64,000 nucleotides of DNA from NCBI GenBank assembly GCA_963667845.2, contig CAXXVL010000001.1:971744-1035743 (forward strand), in the 5' to 3' direction. This DNA comes from Smithellaceae bacterium. Its GTDB lineage: Bacteria; Desulfobacterota; Syntrophia; Syntrophales; Smithellaceae. Shown here one piece after another: positions 32,459 to 45,648 of the stretch; positions within the stretch are counted from its first letter, which is position 1, and every line of letters begins with the position of its first letter. A program made the translations under genes and the position numbers. Under the pieces are notes generated by a model, which saw only the letters and a program-made list of their open reading frames with translations, had not been told where the DNA came from and did no database searches.

Positions 32459-33744
32459 GGCGTAGACGAAGATCCGTCGTATTTGATGTCGCCGCCGACG
32501 ATCGTCAAAATGGCCCGTCCTCTCATCTCGCGGCCATGGAAAGGTGAGTTTTTGCCGCGGGAGCGAAAGGTCCTCAGATCCACTTTCCATTGCAGGTCGG
32601 GGTTGATCACAGTGATGTCCGCATCGGATCCCGGAGTCAGCGTTCCTTTGGCCAGATTCAAAATGCGCGCCGGGCTATAGCTCATCTTCATGACCAGTTC
32701 CGGCCAGGTGAGAATGCCTTCGTGCACCAGGCTCATACTCAACCCCAGAGATGTTTCCAGACCGCTAATGCCGTTTGCCGCATATTCGAATTCTACTTCC
32801 TTGTCCGTACGTCCATGCGGCGCGTGATCGCAGGCAATAGCGTCAAGGGTGCCGTCCGCCAGAGCTTCTTTAACAGCAATAACATCTTCCGCGCTCCTCA
32901 ATGGCGGGCTGACTTTATAATGGGTGTCATAGCCCTGAAGCGATTCGTCGGTTAGGGTGAAATAATGCGGGGCGGTTTCGGCCGTCACATTCAATCCCCG
33001 TGCTTTAGCGTCGCGAATCAGACGCACGGCGCCTGCCGTGCTGACATGCGCGATATGAACCCGCGCCCGGCAATATTCGGCAATCAGGATATCGCGGGCA
33101 ATCATGACCTCTTCCGCAATGGCGGGAATGCCCGGCAGCCCGAGCATCGTGGCGTAGTACCCCTCGTTCATCAAACCGCCCGCGGAGAGGTTTTTGTCTT
33201 CGCAATGCTGGATGACCGGCAGATCCAGAGAATGGGCGTATTCCAGCGCCCGTCGCATCAGGGCGGCATCCATGACCGGTTTCCCATCGTCGGACAGAGC
33301 GAACACCCCCGCGTCTTTCAAATCCCAGAATTCCGTCAACTGCTTGCCTTCCGAACCGACGCTGATCGCACCGATGGGATAAACATTGGCCAGGCCGGCT
33401 TCTGCGGCTTTGCGGCGGATGAACTCGGTGATGGATCGGTTATCATTCACGGGTTCGGTGTTGGGCATGCAGGCTATGGTGGTAAATCCGCCGGCAACGG
33501 CAGCGGCTGATCCCGTGGCGATGGTTTCCTTATACTCCAGGCCCGGCTCGCGCAGATGGACGTGCATGTCGATTAATCCCGGCGTGAGAATCATGCCGGC
33601 GAGGTCAATGACCTCCGTGTCTGTTCCCGCCCTCAAGGCAGGTGCGCAAGATTTGATTTTCCCACCGTCAATTAGAATATCCATGGGGCCGTCGATTTTT
33701 TGTGAAGGGTCAATCACCCTTGAACCTTTTAATAACAATTTCAT
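32455..33744 (-). CDS. pyrC: Dihydroorotase
   Basis: [23 protein letters not shown]. Confidence 0.96.
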   Translation of the reverse strand: MKLLLKGSRVIDPSQKIDGPMDILIDGGKIKSCAPALRAGTDTEVIDLAGMILTPGLIDMHVHLREPGLEYKETIATGSAAAVAGGFTTIACMPNTEPVNDNRSITEFIRRKAAEAGLANVYPIGAISVGSEGKQLTEFWDLKDAGVFALSDDGKPVMDAALMRRALEYAHSLDLPVIQHCEDKNLSAGGLMNEGYYATMLGLPGIPAIAEEVMIARDILIAEYCRARVHIAHVSTAGAVRLIRDAKARGLNVTAETAPHYFTLTDESLQGYDTHYKVSPPLRSAEDVIAVKEALADGTLDAIACDHAPHGRTDKEVEFEYAANGISGLETSLGLSMSLVHEGILTWPELVMKMSYSPARILNLAKGTLTPGSDADITVINPDLQWKVDLRTFRSRGKNSPFHGREMRGRAILTIVGGDIKYDGSSSTP

Positions 33745-34670
33745 TCGTTCCCTCCGGAAAGCAGGTAAAGCAGGGCCATTCTGACGGCAACACCGTTGTT
33801 GACCTGGTCCAGGATGACGGAATAATTCGGATCGTCGGCGATATCGGGTGAAATCTCTACACCGCGGTTCATGGGACCCGGATGCATGACGATAGCGTCA
33901 GGTTTTGCCAGTTTAATGTTTTTACGATTCAGACAGTAGTGCTGGGCATATTCACGAAGCGAGGGGAAAATATTCTGTTTCTGCCGCTCGAGTTGTATGC
34001 GCAGCATCATGACGACATCGGCATCCACAATGGCATCTTCAAGCTTTGCGTAGGCTTTGACGCCCATGCGTTCGATGTCTCGCGGCATCATGGTCGCGGG
34101 ACCGGCGACCACAACCTGGGCGCCCATCTTGGATAACCCGTAAATATTGGAGCGGGCAACCCTGCTGTGCAGGATATCGCCGACCAGCGCAACTTTCAGC
34201 CCCGCAATTTTTCCTTTTTTCTCTTTGATCGTCATCATGTCGAGGAGTGCTTGTGAAGGGTGTTCATGTGCGCCGTCGCCGGCATTGATGATGGACTGAC
34301 GGACGAGCCTCGCCAGCAGGTGCGGAGCGCCGGCGGCGCTGTGTCTGAGGACAATGATGTCCGGGTTCATGGCTTCCAGATTGCGGGCGGTGTCCATGAG
34401 CGTTTCGCCCTTGACCACCGAACTGGTCGAGGCTGAAATATTGATCGTATCGGCGCTGAGTCTTTTGCCGGCTATTTCAAAAGAAGTTCGGGTGCGCGTG
34501 CTGGCTTCATAAAACAGGTTGATAACGCTCTTGCCGCGCAGGGTCGGCACTTTCTTAATCTCGCGCGTCGAAATTTCCAGAAAAGATTCGGCCGTTTCCA
34601 AAATCAGGTTGATTTCGTCAACAGACATTTCCTGGATACCCAGGATGTCTTTTTTTCCAAGTTTCATCAT
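33741..34670 (-). CDS. pyrB: Aspartate carbamoyltransferase catalytic subunit
   Basis: [22 protein letters not shown]. Confidence 0.97.
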   Translation of the reverse strand: MMKLGKKDILGIQEMSVDEINLILETAESFLEISTREIKKVPTLRGKSVINLFYEASTRTRTSFEIAGKRLSADTINISASTSSVVKGETLMDTARNLEAMNPDIIVLRHSAAGAPHLLARLVRQSIINAGDGAHEHPSQALLDMMTIKEKKGKIAGLKVALVGDILHSRVARSNIYGLSKMGAQVVVAGPATMMPRDIERMGVKAYAKLEDAIVDADVVMMLRIQLERQKQNIFPSLREYAQHYCLNRKNIKLAKPDAIVMHPGPMNRGVEISPDIADDPNYSVILDQVNNGVAVRMALLYLLSGGNE

Positions 34671-34697
34671 ACACTTTGCCTTGTCGGTATTAAAAAA

Positions 34698-35255
<558 letters not shown>

Positions 35256-35314
35256 TCAATGACTCATCAGGATCTAGATAGGTCTAAAATGTTCTGCTTT
35301 CTTCAAGATGCTTC

Positions 35315-35407
35315 AATCCCGCTTAAGCGGGACGAGCTCTCCGTAACTTGCTGCGAAATAATGACATTCATTGCACGCCTCGACAGCTTGCTTCGAGGTT
35401 GTTGATT
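35315..35407 (+). repeat. Dispersed palindromic repeat, copy 2 (in the pyrR leader)
   Basis: AATCCCGCTTAAGCGGGACGAGC...CAGCTTGCTTCGAGGTTGTTGATT. Confidence 0.75.
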
Positions 35408-35437
35408 GCTGTCGATTGAAAATTCATAAACAGGCAT

Positions 35438-35540
35438 AAAAAAAGCCTTTCCCCTTGCGGAGAAAGGCTTTTATAAACGTTGCGCTTACTGTTTTCATTG
35501 TATCGTCCTTTTTCAATCTCGCCGGATCAAATTAAAAGGT
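35438..35540 (-). promoter_or_regulatory. PyrR-binding RNA element plus attenuator terminator
   Basis: Minus strand CCTTTTAATTTGATCCGGCGAGATTGAAAAAGG resembles the ARUCCNGNGAGGYU binding loop; followed by the hairpin AAGCCTTTCTCC-GCAA-GGGGAAAGGC and T7. Confidence 0.85.
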
Positions 35541-35656
35541 TAACTCGTGGATCTTTCTTACAACGAGGCTGCTTCGATGTCAAGGCAAAAAAGGCGAAAA
35601 TGCTTTCCTTTGAAAATCATAAATGATATACGGTGGCCGCCTGGAGGGAAATAACT

Positions 35657-36919
35657 ATGGCGATAAATCGCGAACCTCAGGTTTTTTTGTTTCTGAGTCA
35701 AATCCTGGGGAGGAACATCATTGGGGCTACGGGCGAGACGTTAGGCCGGGTGTATGATTTGACGGCTGAATTTGTCGATCCCTATCCGATTGTCACCGGC
35801 ATCACTCTGCGTTCCGCACGGAAAGAAAATCCGGTCGTCATCCCGTGGAAAGACGTTGTGGATATGGATGAAGCCATATCGGTGTCGGAGTCATCCATTC
35901 AGGACCTGTCAGTGCTCCGCTTAAGAGATGGAGAGGTGCTGCTCAAGGACGCTCTCCTGGACAAGCAGGTTGTTGATACAGACGGCGCCAAAATTCGACG
36001 GGTCAATGATCTGCACTTTCTTAAAACACGGCACGGCCTTCATCTTGTCCATGTGGATGTCGGCTTTCGCGGGTTGATCCGCCGCGTCGGTCTCATCCAC
36101 ATGTTCGACGCCATTTTCAGGGGTCTTTTCGACTATCAGTTGCCCAATAACTTGATCCCGTGGAAATTCACGCAGCCGCTCAGTTCACCGAATCTCCTGC
36201 AGTTGAACATCGCCCAGAACCGGTTGGGGCAAATTCATCCGGCCGATCTGGCGGATATTCTGGAAGAACTCGATATTAAGCAGCGCTCAGCCGTATTCCA
36301 GGCTTTGGATGTGGAAACCGCCGCGGAAACGCTGGAGGAGACGGATCCGAAAATTCAGGTCAGCCTGATCAATGACCTCAATTCGGAAAAGGCGTCGGAT
36401 ATTATCGAAGAAATGTCTCTTTCCGAAGCGGCCGACCTCATCGGAGATCTGCCGAAAGCCAAGGCAGAAGGCATTTTAAAAGAAATGGAAAAAGATATTG
36501 CCGATGACGTCAAGGAACTTATGGCTCATCCGGAACGGGAAGCAGGCGGTATCATGACCACGTCCTACCTGAGTTTCCGTCCTGAAACGACGGTTCGGGA
36601 AGCACTCGATAAATTTCGCCAGGAGGCGGCCGATGTTGATCTGGTTTACTACGTTTACGTGACGGATGATGAAGAGCGACTGCTGGGCGTCATCAGCCTG
36701 CGGGACTTGATTCTTGCCGACTTAGATCAGAAACTGGAGAATATCATGGATGAACGAGTCGTTGCCGTTAAACTGGATGACAAGCATGACGTCATTGCCG
36801 AACAGTTTGCCAAATATGCCGTCACCGCAATCCCCGTTGTGGATGATCAGGAAAGAATGCACGGTACCATCATTTTTAAGAATCTTCTCGAAATTGTGGC
36901 GCCTCAATTGGGTAAATGA
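35657..36919 (+). CDS. Stand-alone MgtE cytosolic region (PRC-like, MgtE_N, CBS pair)
   Basis: HPADLADILEEL, AGGIMT, YYVYVTD..LLGVISLRDL; no TM segments. Confidence 0.88.
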   Translation: MAINREPQVFLFLSQILGRNIIGATGETLGRVYDLTAEFVDPYPIVTGITLRSARKENPVVIPWKDVVDMDEAISVSESSIQDLSVLRLRDGEVLLKDALLDKQVVDTDGAKIRRVNDLHFLKTRHGLHLVHVDVGFRGLIRRVGLIHMFDAIFRGLFDYQLPNNLIPWKFTQPLSSPNLLQLNIAQNRLGQIHPADLADILEELDIKQRSAVFQALDVETAAETLEETDPKIQVSLINDLNSEKASDIIEEMSLSEAADLIGDLPKAKAEGILKEMEKDIADDVKELMAHPEREAGGIMTTSYLSFRPETTVREALDKFRQEAADVDLVYYVYVTDDEERLLGVISLRDLILADLDQKLENIMDERVVAVKLDDKHDVIAEQFAKYAVTAIPVVDDQERMHGTIIFKNLLEIVAPQLGK

Positions 36920-36943
36920 CCTTGGACGTGCCGATGGTGACCT

Positions 36944-38203
36944 ATGGAAAAAATTAAAGCATCCTGGAAGAAAATCATGCAGACCGGCTTGTGGAAACTC
37001 GGTCTCTTTTTTGCCTTTATCGGCCCGGGCGTCATTACGTCCAATGTCGATAACGACGCCGGCGGCATTACCACTTATTCGCTGGCCGGCGCTCACTATG
37101 GACTGAGTCTTCTGTGGATTCTGATTCCCGTTACCGTCGCGTTGATCATCATACAGGAAATGTGTGCCCGGATGGGCGTGGTTTCAGGCAAAGGGCTTTC
37201 TGATCTGATTCGGGAGCGCTTCGGAGCAAAAATCACGTTTTACCTGATGATTATTTTGTTTCTGGCGAATCTGGGAAATACACTCTGTGAATTCGCCGGT
37301 ATTGCCGCCAGTATGGAAATATTCGGCGTGAGCAAATACATTTCCGTGCCCGCCGGCGCTTTCTTTGTCTGGTGGCTGGTGGTTAAGGGAAATTATAAGT
37401 CCGTGGAAAAAGTATTTCTCGTGGCCTGTGTTTTCTATCTTTCTTATATTGTGTCCGGATTTCTGGTTCATCCCGATTGGTCCGCCATCGGCAAGGCGGC
37501 GGTCATACCTAACTTGAATTTCGACACGGACATGCTGACCATGGCGATAGGTATTATCGGAACCACCATTGCTCCCTGGATGCAATTCTATCTGCAGTCG
37601 TCGATCGTGGATAAAGGACTGAAAGCGGAGAGTTATAAATATGCCCGGATGGACGTTATTTTCGGCTCCATCACGGTCAATGTCGTCGCTTTTTTTATTG
37701 TGATGCTTTGCGCCGTCACATTATTTCACAACGGGCTCAAGATTGAAACGGCAAAAGACGCTGCGCTGGCCTTGGCGCCGTTGGCCGGTTCCCACGCCTC
37801 ATTGCTTTTTGCCTTCGGTCTGCTCAATGCTTCGCTGTTTGCCGCTTCGATCCTTCCGCTTTCCACCGCATACACCATTTGCGAAGCTTTCGGCTGGGAA
37901 TCGAGCCTGAACACAAAGTTTATCGAAGCCCCGCAGTTTTACGGTCTTTATTCGCTCATGATCTTTCTGGGAGCCGGCATTATTCTCTTGCCCGGTGTGC
38001 CGCTGATTGACATTATGTTTTATTCTCAGGTCATCAACGGTATTCTGCTGCCGTTTGTTTTGATTTTTATGCTGCTGCTGATTAACGACAAACGGATTAT
38101 GGGGAATTTTGTGAATAGTCGGCTGATGAATATTATTTCCTGGGTAACGGTCGTTATCCTGATCGGATTATCTCTGGCGATGGTGATATCGGCTTTCTTC
38201 TAG
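36944..38203 (+). CDS. Nramp-related divalent metal (probably Mg2+) transporter
   Basis: GPG..SNVDNDAGGITTYS, QEMCARMG, GTTIAPWMQFY. Confidence 0.9.
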   Translation: MEKIKASWKKIMQTGLWKLGLFFAFIGPGVITSNVDNDAGGITTYSLAGAHYGLSLLWILIPVTVALIIIQEMCARMGVVSGKGLSDLIRERFGAKITFYLMIILFLANLGNTLCEFAGIAASMEIFGVSKYISVPAGAFFVWWLVVKGNYKSVEKVFLVACVFYLSYIVSGFLVHPDWSAIGKAAVIPNLNFDTDMLTMAIGIIGTTIAPWMQFYLQSSIVDKGLKAESYKYARMDVIFGSITVNVVAFFIVMLCAVTLFHNGLKIETAKDAALALAPLAGSHASLLFAFGLLNASLFAASILPLSTAYTICEAFGWESSLNTKFIEAPQFYGLYSLMIFLGAGIILLPGVPLIDIMFYSQVINGILLPFVLIFMLLLINDKRIMGNFVNSRLMNIISWVTVVILIGLSLAMVISAFF

Positions 38204-38225
38204 CGGGTGACTTTCCTGTTTTGCT

Positions 38226-38912
38226 TTAGTGCAATATTTTCCCGAGTCGCTCCCAACGAATTTTTTTCAAAAGGCTGTCGTGCTCATCACTGTTCCATGA
38301 CCAGTAAATGATCAGCGCTTTTCCTTCCACGTCTTTCAAATCAACAAATCCCCAGAAACGGCTGTCGGCGCTTTCATCACGATTGTCTCCCATTACAAAA
38401 AGTGATCCGGCCGAAACGGTGACCGGACCGAAATTGTCGCGCGGCTGAATGATCGCCGGGTAGATCGTATTGTCGGAATATATGCCGAAGGAGTCTTTAT
38501 AGGGTCGATCATTGATCAAGATATTTTTATTCTTAATTTCGATCTTATCACCGGCCACGCCGATGACCCGTTTAATGTAGTCTTTGGTGCGGTCATTGGG
38601 GTAAATAAAAACGATGATATCACCGCGCTTCGGATCGGTTACGGGAATAAGGAGTCTTCTGATGACGGGGATTTTTACGCCATAAATGAATTTGTTTACC
38701 AGGAGGTGGTCACCGACAAGCAGGGTCGGCACCATCGACCGGGAAGGAATCTTATAGGCCTGCACGACAAACGTCCGGATAACGACGGCGATCAAAATGG
38801 CGATAATAATCGCTTCTATGTATTCTTGAACTTTTGATTTTGATGCCGGGTCTTTTCTTTTCTCCGGTTTTTCATTGATGATATTTTTTGTCTTGCTTTT
38901 AGTTTCATTCAT
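38226..38912 (-). CDS. lepB: Signal peptidase I
   Basis: IPSRSMVPTL, DYIKRVIG, MGDNRDESADSRFWG. Confidence 0.95.
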   Translation of the reverse strand: MNETKSKTKNIINEKPEKRKDPASKSKVQEYIEAIIIAILIAVVIRTFVVQAYKIPSRSMVPTLLVGDHLLVNKFIYGVKIPVIRRLLIPVTDPKRGDIIVFIYPNDRTKDYIKRVIGVAGDKIEIKNKNILINDRPYKDSFGIYSDNTIYPAIIQPRDNFGPVTVSAGSLFVMGDNRDESADSRFWGFVDLKDVEGKALIIYWSWNSDEHDSLLKKIRWERLGKILH

Positions 38913-38927
38913 GACAGTGGGGAACTC

Positions 38928-39440
38928 CTAAGAGTAAATAGCGGCTAAAGAAACAAAAATCATAATCAAAGCAAGAGAACCCTTAAGCACCTTCCGACCC
39001 ATCATGGCAAAGAAGGCACTGTTGGATATCTGCTGAGGGGCTTTGAGCCGGTACTGGCGGAGCAGTTCCACAACCAATATGCCGGTCAAACCTCCAAGGA
39101 AAAACCCTGCCCAGGTTCCGAGCCCCCACAACAGCGGTGTCAAAATAATCATGCCTATGGTCGCACCAATAGCAGCAGCCCAGAGGGATCTCTTAATAAC
39201 GGGCGTTTTATGCGCCTTGGTCAATCCCGTCACGAAATCCAGCGTTTCGGCTAAAATGGCAAAGCAAAGGAGGAACAAAAGAACTTTCCATCCGACTTGC
39301 CCGAAACCGGTAAAAAAGCCATAAAGTAGAACATCCAGGAAAATGACGATGGTTCCCGGCAATCCAAATAAACTCAGATAAATGCCGATAAACAACAGGA
39401 GTATAAACGCTACAAACCCTGTCGAGGCCAAGGATGACAA
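38928..39440 (-). CDS. DUF456-like membrane protein
   Basis: Hydrophobic, GLPG motif, Gly-rich helices. Confidence 0.7.
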   Translation of the reverse strand: MSSLASTGFVAFILLLFIGIYLSLFGLPGTIVIFLDVLLYGFFTGFGQVGWKVLLFLLCFAILAETLDFVTGLTKAHKTPVIKRSLWAAAIGATIGMIILTPLLWGLGTWAGFFLGGLTGILVVELLRQYRLKAPQQISNSAFFAMMGRKVLKGSLALIMIFVSLAAIYS

Positions 39441-39441
39441 A

Positions 39442-40356
39442 TTATTTCTTCCTTTTCATTTTTGCAGGCCGCCATTTTTCAAAAAACAGCACGATCGTGC
39501 AGGCGATATAGATGGAAGAATAAGTGCCTATGACGACGCCGACCAGCATGGCAAAAGCAAAATCACGGATGACCGCTCCACCGAAAATAAACAAAGCCAG
39601 AACGGTGAAGAAAACAGTCAGCGAGGTTAAGACCGTTCTGCTGAGTGTCTGATTGATACTCGCATTAATAACATCTCCCAGTTTCCGTTTCGGATTTAAT
39701 TTCACATTTTCCCGAATTCTATCTAATGTGACGATTGTATCGTTAATGGAAAAGCCGATAATGAAAATGAGGGATGCCAGAATAGATATGGTAAATTCCA
39801 TATTCATGATGGAGACGGCGCCCATCGTAATGACGACGTCATGAACGAGAGCGAGAATTCCTCCCGCAGCGTAGCGGAACTCAAAACGCCAGCCGACATA
39901 AATCAGCATTGCCAGCCAGGAAAGAACGACTGCAATGACGGCTTTGCGCTTGAAATCCGAACCGACTTTGGAGCCAACGACTTCCACACGCCGAATTTCA
40001 TAGTCTTTGTTGAAAGCGGCGGAGAGGGGTTGCTCGACGTTGGCCGCCAGCATCTTCTGATCGGAGAAAGATTCGGATGTGCGGATCAGAAATTCATTAA
40101 CCCCGAACTGTTGAATGATACTGTTTTCCAGTTTGGTTGATTTCAAGGCTGTGCGGATCTGGTCTGCGGAAACAGTTTTCGAGAATTTAACCTGAATGAT
40201 TGAACCGCCGGCGAAATCAATACCGGGATTCAAACCGCCGTGATAGATAATCGATCCGATGCCGACGATGATCAGGATTGCTGAAAAAATCACCGCGTAC
40301 TTCATTTTCCCAACAAAATCAATGTTGACTCCTGGCTTTATCAACTCCATGCTCAT
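39442..40356 (-). CDS. secF: Protein translocase subunit SecF
   Basis: GIDFAGG, ALVHDV, SINDTIV..DRIREN, GTYSSIY. Confidence 0.96.
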   Translation of the reverse strand: MSMELIKPGVNIDFVGKMKYAVIFSAILIIVGIGSIIYHGGLNPGIDFAGGSIIQVKFSKTVSADQIRTALKSTKLENSIIQQFGVNEFLIRTSESFSDQKMLAANVEQPLSAAFNKDYEIRRVEVVGSKVGSDFKRKAVIAVVLSWLAMLIYVGWRFEFRYAAGGILALVHDVVITMGAVSIMNMEFTISILASLIFIIGFSINDTIVTLDRIRENVKLNPKRKLGDVINASINQTLSRTVLTSLTVFFTVLALFIFGGAVIRDFAFAMLVGVVIGTYSSIYIACTIVLFFEKWRPAKMKRKK

Positions 40357-40383
40357 ACTATATCTCCTGCGTGCGCTCGAATT

Positions 40384-41985
40384 TTAAATGCTCAATTTTT
40401 TAATATTATAGTTCCAGGTAACATAATCGAAGATTACCCTCGTTATGAAAATGGCGGTAAAGAGACTGGCCAGAAGGCCAATAATTGTGGTTACCGCGAA
40501 TCCCTTGACCGGGCCGGTGCCGAAGATGACGAGCAAAACAGCGGCGACGATACCGGTAATATGCGTGTCAATGATCGTAATAAAAGCTCGATCATAGCCT
40601 GTATCCAGAGCCAGGCGGACAGTTTTTCCCGTTCTTAATTCTTCGCGGATTCTTTCAAAAATGAGAATATTGGCATCCACCGCAACACCGACGGTGAGCA
40701 GCATACCGGCGATGCCCGGCAGGGTCAGAGTTGCCCGGAAAACGGCAAGAACAGCCAGGATCAGCACGATGTTGACAATGAGGGCCAGATCGGCAACCGC
40801 ACCGGAAAGCCGGTAATAAATTAACATGAATAAAATGACCAGAAGCGATCCGATCATCGTCGCCAGAATGCCTTGCCGGATCGAATCGCTGCCCAGCGAA
40901 GGTCCGACCGTTCTTTCTTCCAGAATATTAACCGGAGCGGGCAGGGCGCCGGCGCGAAGAATAATAGCCAGGTCGCGCGCCTCGTCCATGGTGAAATTTC
41001 CGGTAATTTGAGCCTGTCCGCCGGAGATTCTTTCCTGGATGACGGGCGCCGAATAGACCACACCGTCCAGCACAATGGCCATGCGCTTACGGACATTTTC
41101 ATTGGTGATGCGGTCGAAATCTGCAGCACCTTGTGAATTGAATTTGATAGAGACGTGCGGTTCGCCGAAACGGTCGGAAATTTGTACTTTAGCGGTTTCC
41201 AGCGAGGCGCCGGTCAGCACGGTTTTGTTTTTCAGTAAATAGGGGACCCGGCCTTTTTGACCGCTGGATTTATCCTCCCGCGAGCCATAGGCAATAATGT
41301 CGCCATCCGGGATATTGCCGCGCAGCGCTTCATCCAGGGAATGTTCATCGTCTACAATTTTGAATTCGAGAAGTGCCGTCTTGCCAATCAGATTTTTGGC
41401 TCTTTCAGGATCCTTGACACCGGGCAATTGAATCAATATCCGGTTATCGCCTTCCGGTACAATTTCCGGCTCCGCAATGCCGAACTGGTCCACACGATTG
41501 CGGATGGTTTCCAGAGAATGTTCAACGGTTAATTTTTTCAGTTCAATTGCTCTCTTGTCCTTTATTTTTAATTGGATAAGTTGCCCACCGTCACGAGGCG
41601 CGCTTGATGCTATTTCCAGGTCGGGAAACTGATCCTGCAACACTTTATCCAGGGCGGGTTTGCCGGCTGACTCTGTCAACTCCAGTGCAATTGTAGCGCC
41701 TTTTGTTTTTTCTACATTACGGAAACGCACTTTGTTATCCATCAATGATTCTTTTAGATCATTGGATGTTCTCTCCATCATGGCTTCCAGCGCTTTGTCC
41801 GTATCGATTTCCATAAGAAGGTGCATTCCACCCTGCAAATCCAGACCAAGGTGAATTTTTTCCTTGGGCAGATATTGATTCCAGGGCGACGGAATCTCGG
41901 AAATAAAGGTCGGTATCAAAAAATAAACAGCAGCAAGGCATACAGCCACCGTAATGGCCAATCTGATTTTCAAAGACTTGAACAT
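40384..41985 (-). CDS. secD: Protein translocase subunit SecD
   Basis: LGLDLQGG, RNRVDQFG, VGPSLG, VDANILIFERIREE. Confidence 0.96.
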   Translation of the reverse strand: MFKSLKIRLAITVAVCLAAVYFLIPTFISEIPSPWNQYLPKEKIHLGLDLQGGMHLLMEIDTDKALEAMMERTSNDLKESLMDNKVRFRNVEKTKGATIALELTESAGKPALDKVLQDQFPDLEIASSAPRDGGQLIQLKIKDKRAIELKKLTVEHSLETIRNRVDQFGIAEPEIVPEGDNRILIQLPGVKDPERAKNLIGKTALLEFKIVDDEHSLDEALRGNIPDGDIIAYGSREDKSSGQKGRVPYLLKNKTVLTGASLETAKVQISDRFGEPHVSIKFNSQGAADFDRITNENVRKRMAIVLDGVVYSAPVIQERISGGQAQITGNFTMDEARDLAIILRAGALPAPVNILEERTVGPSLGSDSIRQGILATMIGSLLVILFMLIYYRLSGAVADLALIVNIVLILAVLAVFRATLTLPGIAGMLLTVGVAVDANILIFERIREELRTGKTVRLALDTGYDRAFITIIDTHITGIVAAVLLVIFGTGPVKGFAVTTIIGLLASLFTAIFITRVIFDYVTWNYNIKKLSI

Positions 41986-42011
41986 GAAATGCCCCTTTCT
42001 ATACTATGACA

Positions 42012-43537
<1,526 letters not shown>

Positions 43538-44578
43538 CTATAAAATCAACATGCAGTCGCCGTAACTGTAAAAGAAATAGCGCTTTTCAACAGCTTCGGC
43601 ATATGATTCCCTGATAAAATCCATGCCGGCAAATGCCGAAACCAGCAAAAACAAAGACGACCGGGGCAAATGGAAATTTGTCAAAAGACCATTGACTCTC
43701 TTGAAGGAATACCCGGGATAAATAAAGAGTCGCGTTTCACCCGATTGCGGCTTGACATATCCGTTGCTGTCCGCGACGCTTTCCAGCGTTCGCGTCGACG
43801 TTGTACCGACGGCAATGACTCTCCGGGCGTTATTGATTATATTCGCCGCTTCAGTTGTAATTTCATAAAATTCCGTTTCCATGACATGGTCTTCAATCGT
43901 TTCCGTTTCAATAGGTAAAAACGTTCCAATACCTACATGAAGCGTAATCGACGCGATCTGAATGCCTTTGGTGCGAAGCGTATTCAAAACCTCGGAAGAA
44001 AAATGCAGGCCGGCGGTAGGAGCGGCGATTGAGCCCGCCGTTTTGGCATAGATGGTCTGATAGCGGTCGCGATCATCTGTCTGATCCGGAGCCATGCTTC
44101 TTCTTCGTTTAATATAGGGGGGGAGAGGAGCACGGCCGAACCGCTCCAGATAGTTATTAAACCCGTCCTTAGCGCTCATTGCCATCAGCCATTTCTTATC
44201 CGACAGTCTGGCGATGACTTGAGCTTCACAGGAATGACCGAGATCGATCACGTCATTTTCCTTCAGTCTTTTTGCGGGTCGCGCCAGCACTTCCCACAAT
44301 TCCTTGCCATCGATCTTTTCTTTGCAGGTTAAAAGCAGAATTTCGAGAAGCCCCCCGGAGGGTTTTTTCCCGTAAATTCTCGCCGGGATGACACGCGAGT
44401 CGTTAACGACCAGGACATCGCCCCGTTGCAGATTTTCCGGCAGGGAAGAGAAATGACAGTCTGCTATGGTTCTTTTGTCGCGACGAAGCAGCATCATGCG
44501 GGAAGCATCCCTTTGGTGTCGCGGATGCTGCGCGATCAAGTCATCGGGTAAAAAATATGAAAAATCATTTAACTGCAT
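43538..44578 (-). CDS. queA: S-adenosylmethionine:tRNA ribosyltransferase-isomerase
   Basis: PLPPYI, AAPTAGLHF, TNFHLP, FYSYGD. Confidence 0.97.
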   Translation of the reverse strand: MQLNDFSYFLPDDLIAQHPRHQRDASRMMLLRRDKRTIADCHFSSLPENLQRGDVLVVNDSRVIPARIYGKKPSGGLLEILLLTCKEKIDGKELWEVLARPAKRLKENDVIDLGHSCEAQVIARLSDKKWLMAMSAKDGFNNYLERFGRAPLPPYIKRRRSMAPDQTDDRDRYQTIYAKTAGSIAAPTAGLHFSSEVLNTLRTKGIQIASITLHVGIGTFLPIETETIEDHVMETEFYEITTEAANIINNARRVIAVGTTSTRTLESVADSNGYVKPQSGETRLFIYPGYSFKRVNGLLTNFHLPRSSLFLLVSAFAGMDFIRESYAEAVEKRYFFYSYGDCMLIL

Positions 44579-44646
44579 GGCATACCTGGCAAAAGTGGAA
44601 AATTTTAAGCAAACAATCAGAATAATCTGCAGCTGTCAATCAATTA

Positions 44647-44832
44647 TCAGCGTCGTCCGAAGTAAAGCAGGATTAAACCAAGAATAATAGCGGTGATGCC
44701 GAAACCCCGCAAAGCGGTATCTGGCAGCGTCGTAATCTTAATCAGATAGATTTTCAATTTTTCAGGAAAAACCAGATACGGCAATCCTTCGATAATAAAA
44801 ACCATGCCCAGCACGCAAAGGAAATAATCCAA
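44647..44832 (-). CDS. DUF2065-like small membrane protein
   Basis: LGMVFIIEGLPY..FP..LRGFG. Confidence 0.75.
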   Translation of the reverse strand: MDYFLCVLGMVFIIEGLPYLVFPEKLKIYLIKITTLPDTALRGFGITAIILGLILLYFGRR

Positions 44833-44835
44833 TTT

Positions 44836-45648
44836 TTATGTCCCCTTTTCTTTAGACTCGTTCCAGAGCGAATCCATTTCGTCAATCGTTGCTTCATTGA
44901 TCGATCGGCCGCGGGCGGTGAGTTGTTCTACAATATATGCAAACCGTCTGAGGAATTTGTTGATCGTTCCATTGAGCGCCGTTTCGGCGTCGACAGAAAG
45001 AAAACGGCTCAGGTTTACAAGCGTAAACAGAATGTCTCCCAATTCCTCTTCAACTTTGCAAGTATCTTCTATTCTGCGTGCTTCAGCAAGTTCATGAAGT
45101 TCTTCATTCAGTTTTTTCAGGACCTCATCTGCGTCCGGCCAATCGAAACCATGACGGGAGGCGATGGAGGTGATCTTCTGTGCCTTTTTAAGGGCTGGAA
45201 GCGATCGGGGGACGCTGCTGAAGATGCTGTCGTCGGCATTTATGCCGGTGCGTTCTCTATTCTTAATTTCCTGCCAGTTTTCTTTCACTTCCCGGACGGA
45301 ATTGACTTTGACATCGCCGAAGACGTGCGGGTGGCGACGGATCATCTTCTCTCTGATGGCCGCCATGACCTCCGCCAGAGAAAAGTCGCCTTGTTCAGTG
45401 GCGATTTCGGCGATGAAAAGGATTTGAAAAAGCAAATCGCCGAGCTCTTCCCGGATGTGAAGTGGATTATTTTCAGCTATGGCATCAACGACTTCATAGG
45501 ATTCGTCCAGCAGATATTTCCCGATATCCTGCTTGGTCTGCTTTTGATCCCACGGGCAGCCGTCGGGAGCACGCAGTCTTTTTATCAGCGCAATCAGGTC
45601 GCGCAACTGGTTTTGTGTATCGTCTATCGAATCTTTATGCATATCCAA
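44836..45648 (-). CDS. mazG: Nucleoside triphosphate pyrophosphohydrolase MazG
   Basis: GCPWD, EELGDLL, RRHPHVF, second EELGD. Confidence 0.95.
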   Translation of the reverse strand: MDMHKDSIDDTQNQLRDLIALIKRLRAPDGCPWDQKQTKQDIGKYLLDESYEVVDAIAENNPLHIREELGDLLFQILFIAEIATEQGDFSLAEVMAAIREKMIRRHPHVFGDVKVNSVREVKENWQEIKNRERTGINADDSIFSSVPRSLPALKKAQKITSIASRHGFDWPDADEVLKKLNEELHELAEARRIEDTCKVEEELGDILFTLVNLSRFLSVDAETALNGTINKFLRRFAYIVEQLTARGRSINEATIDEMDSLWNESKEKGT

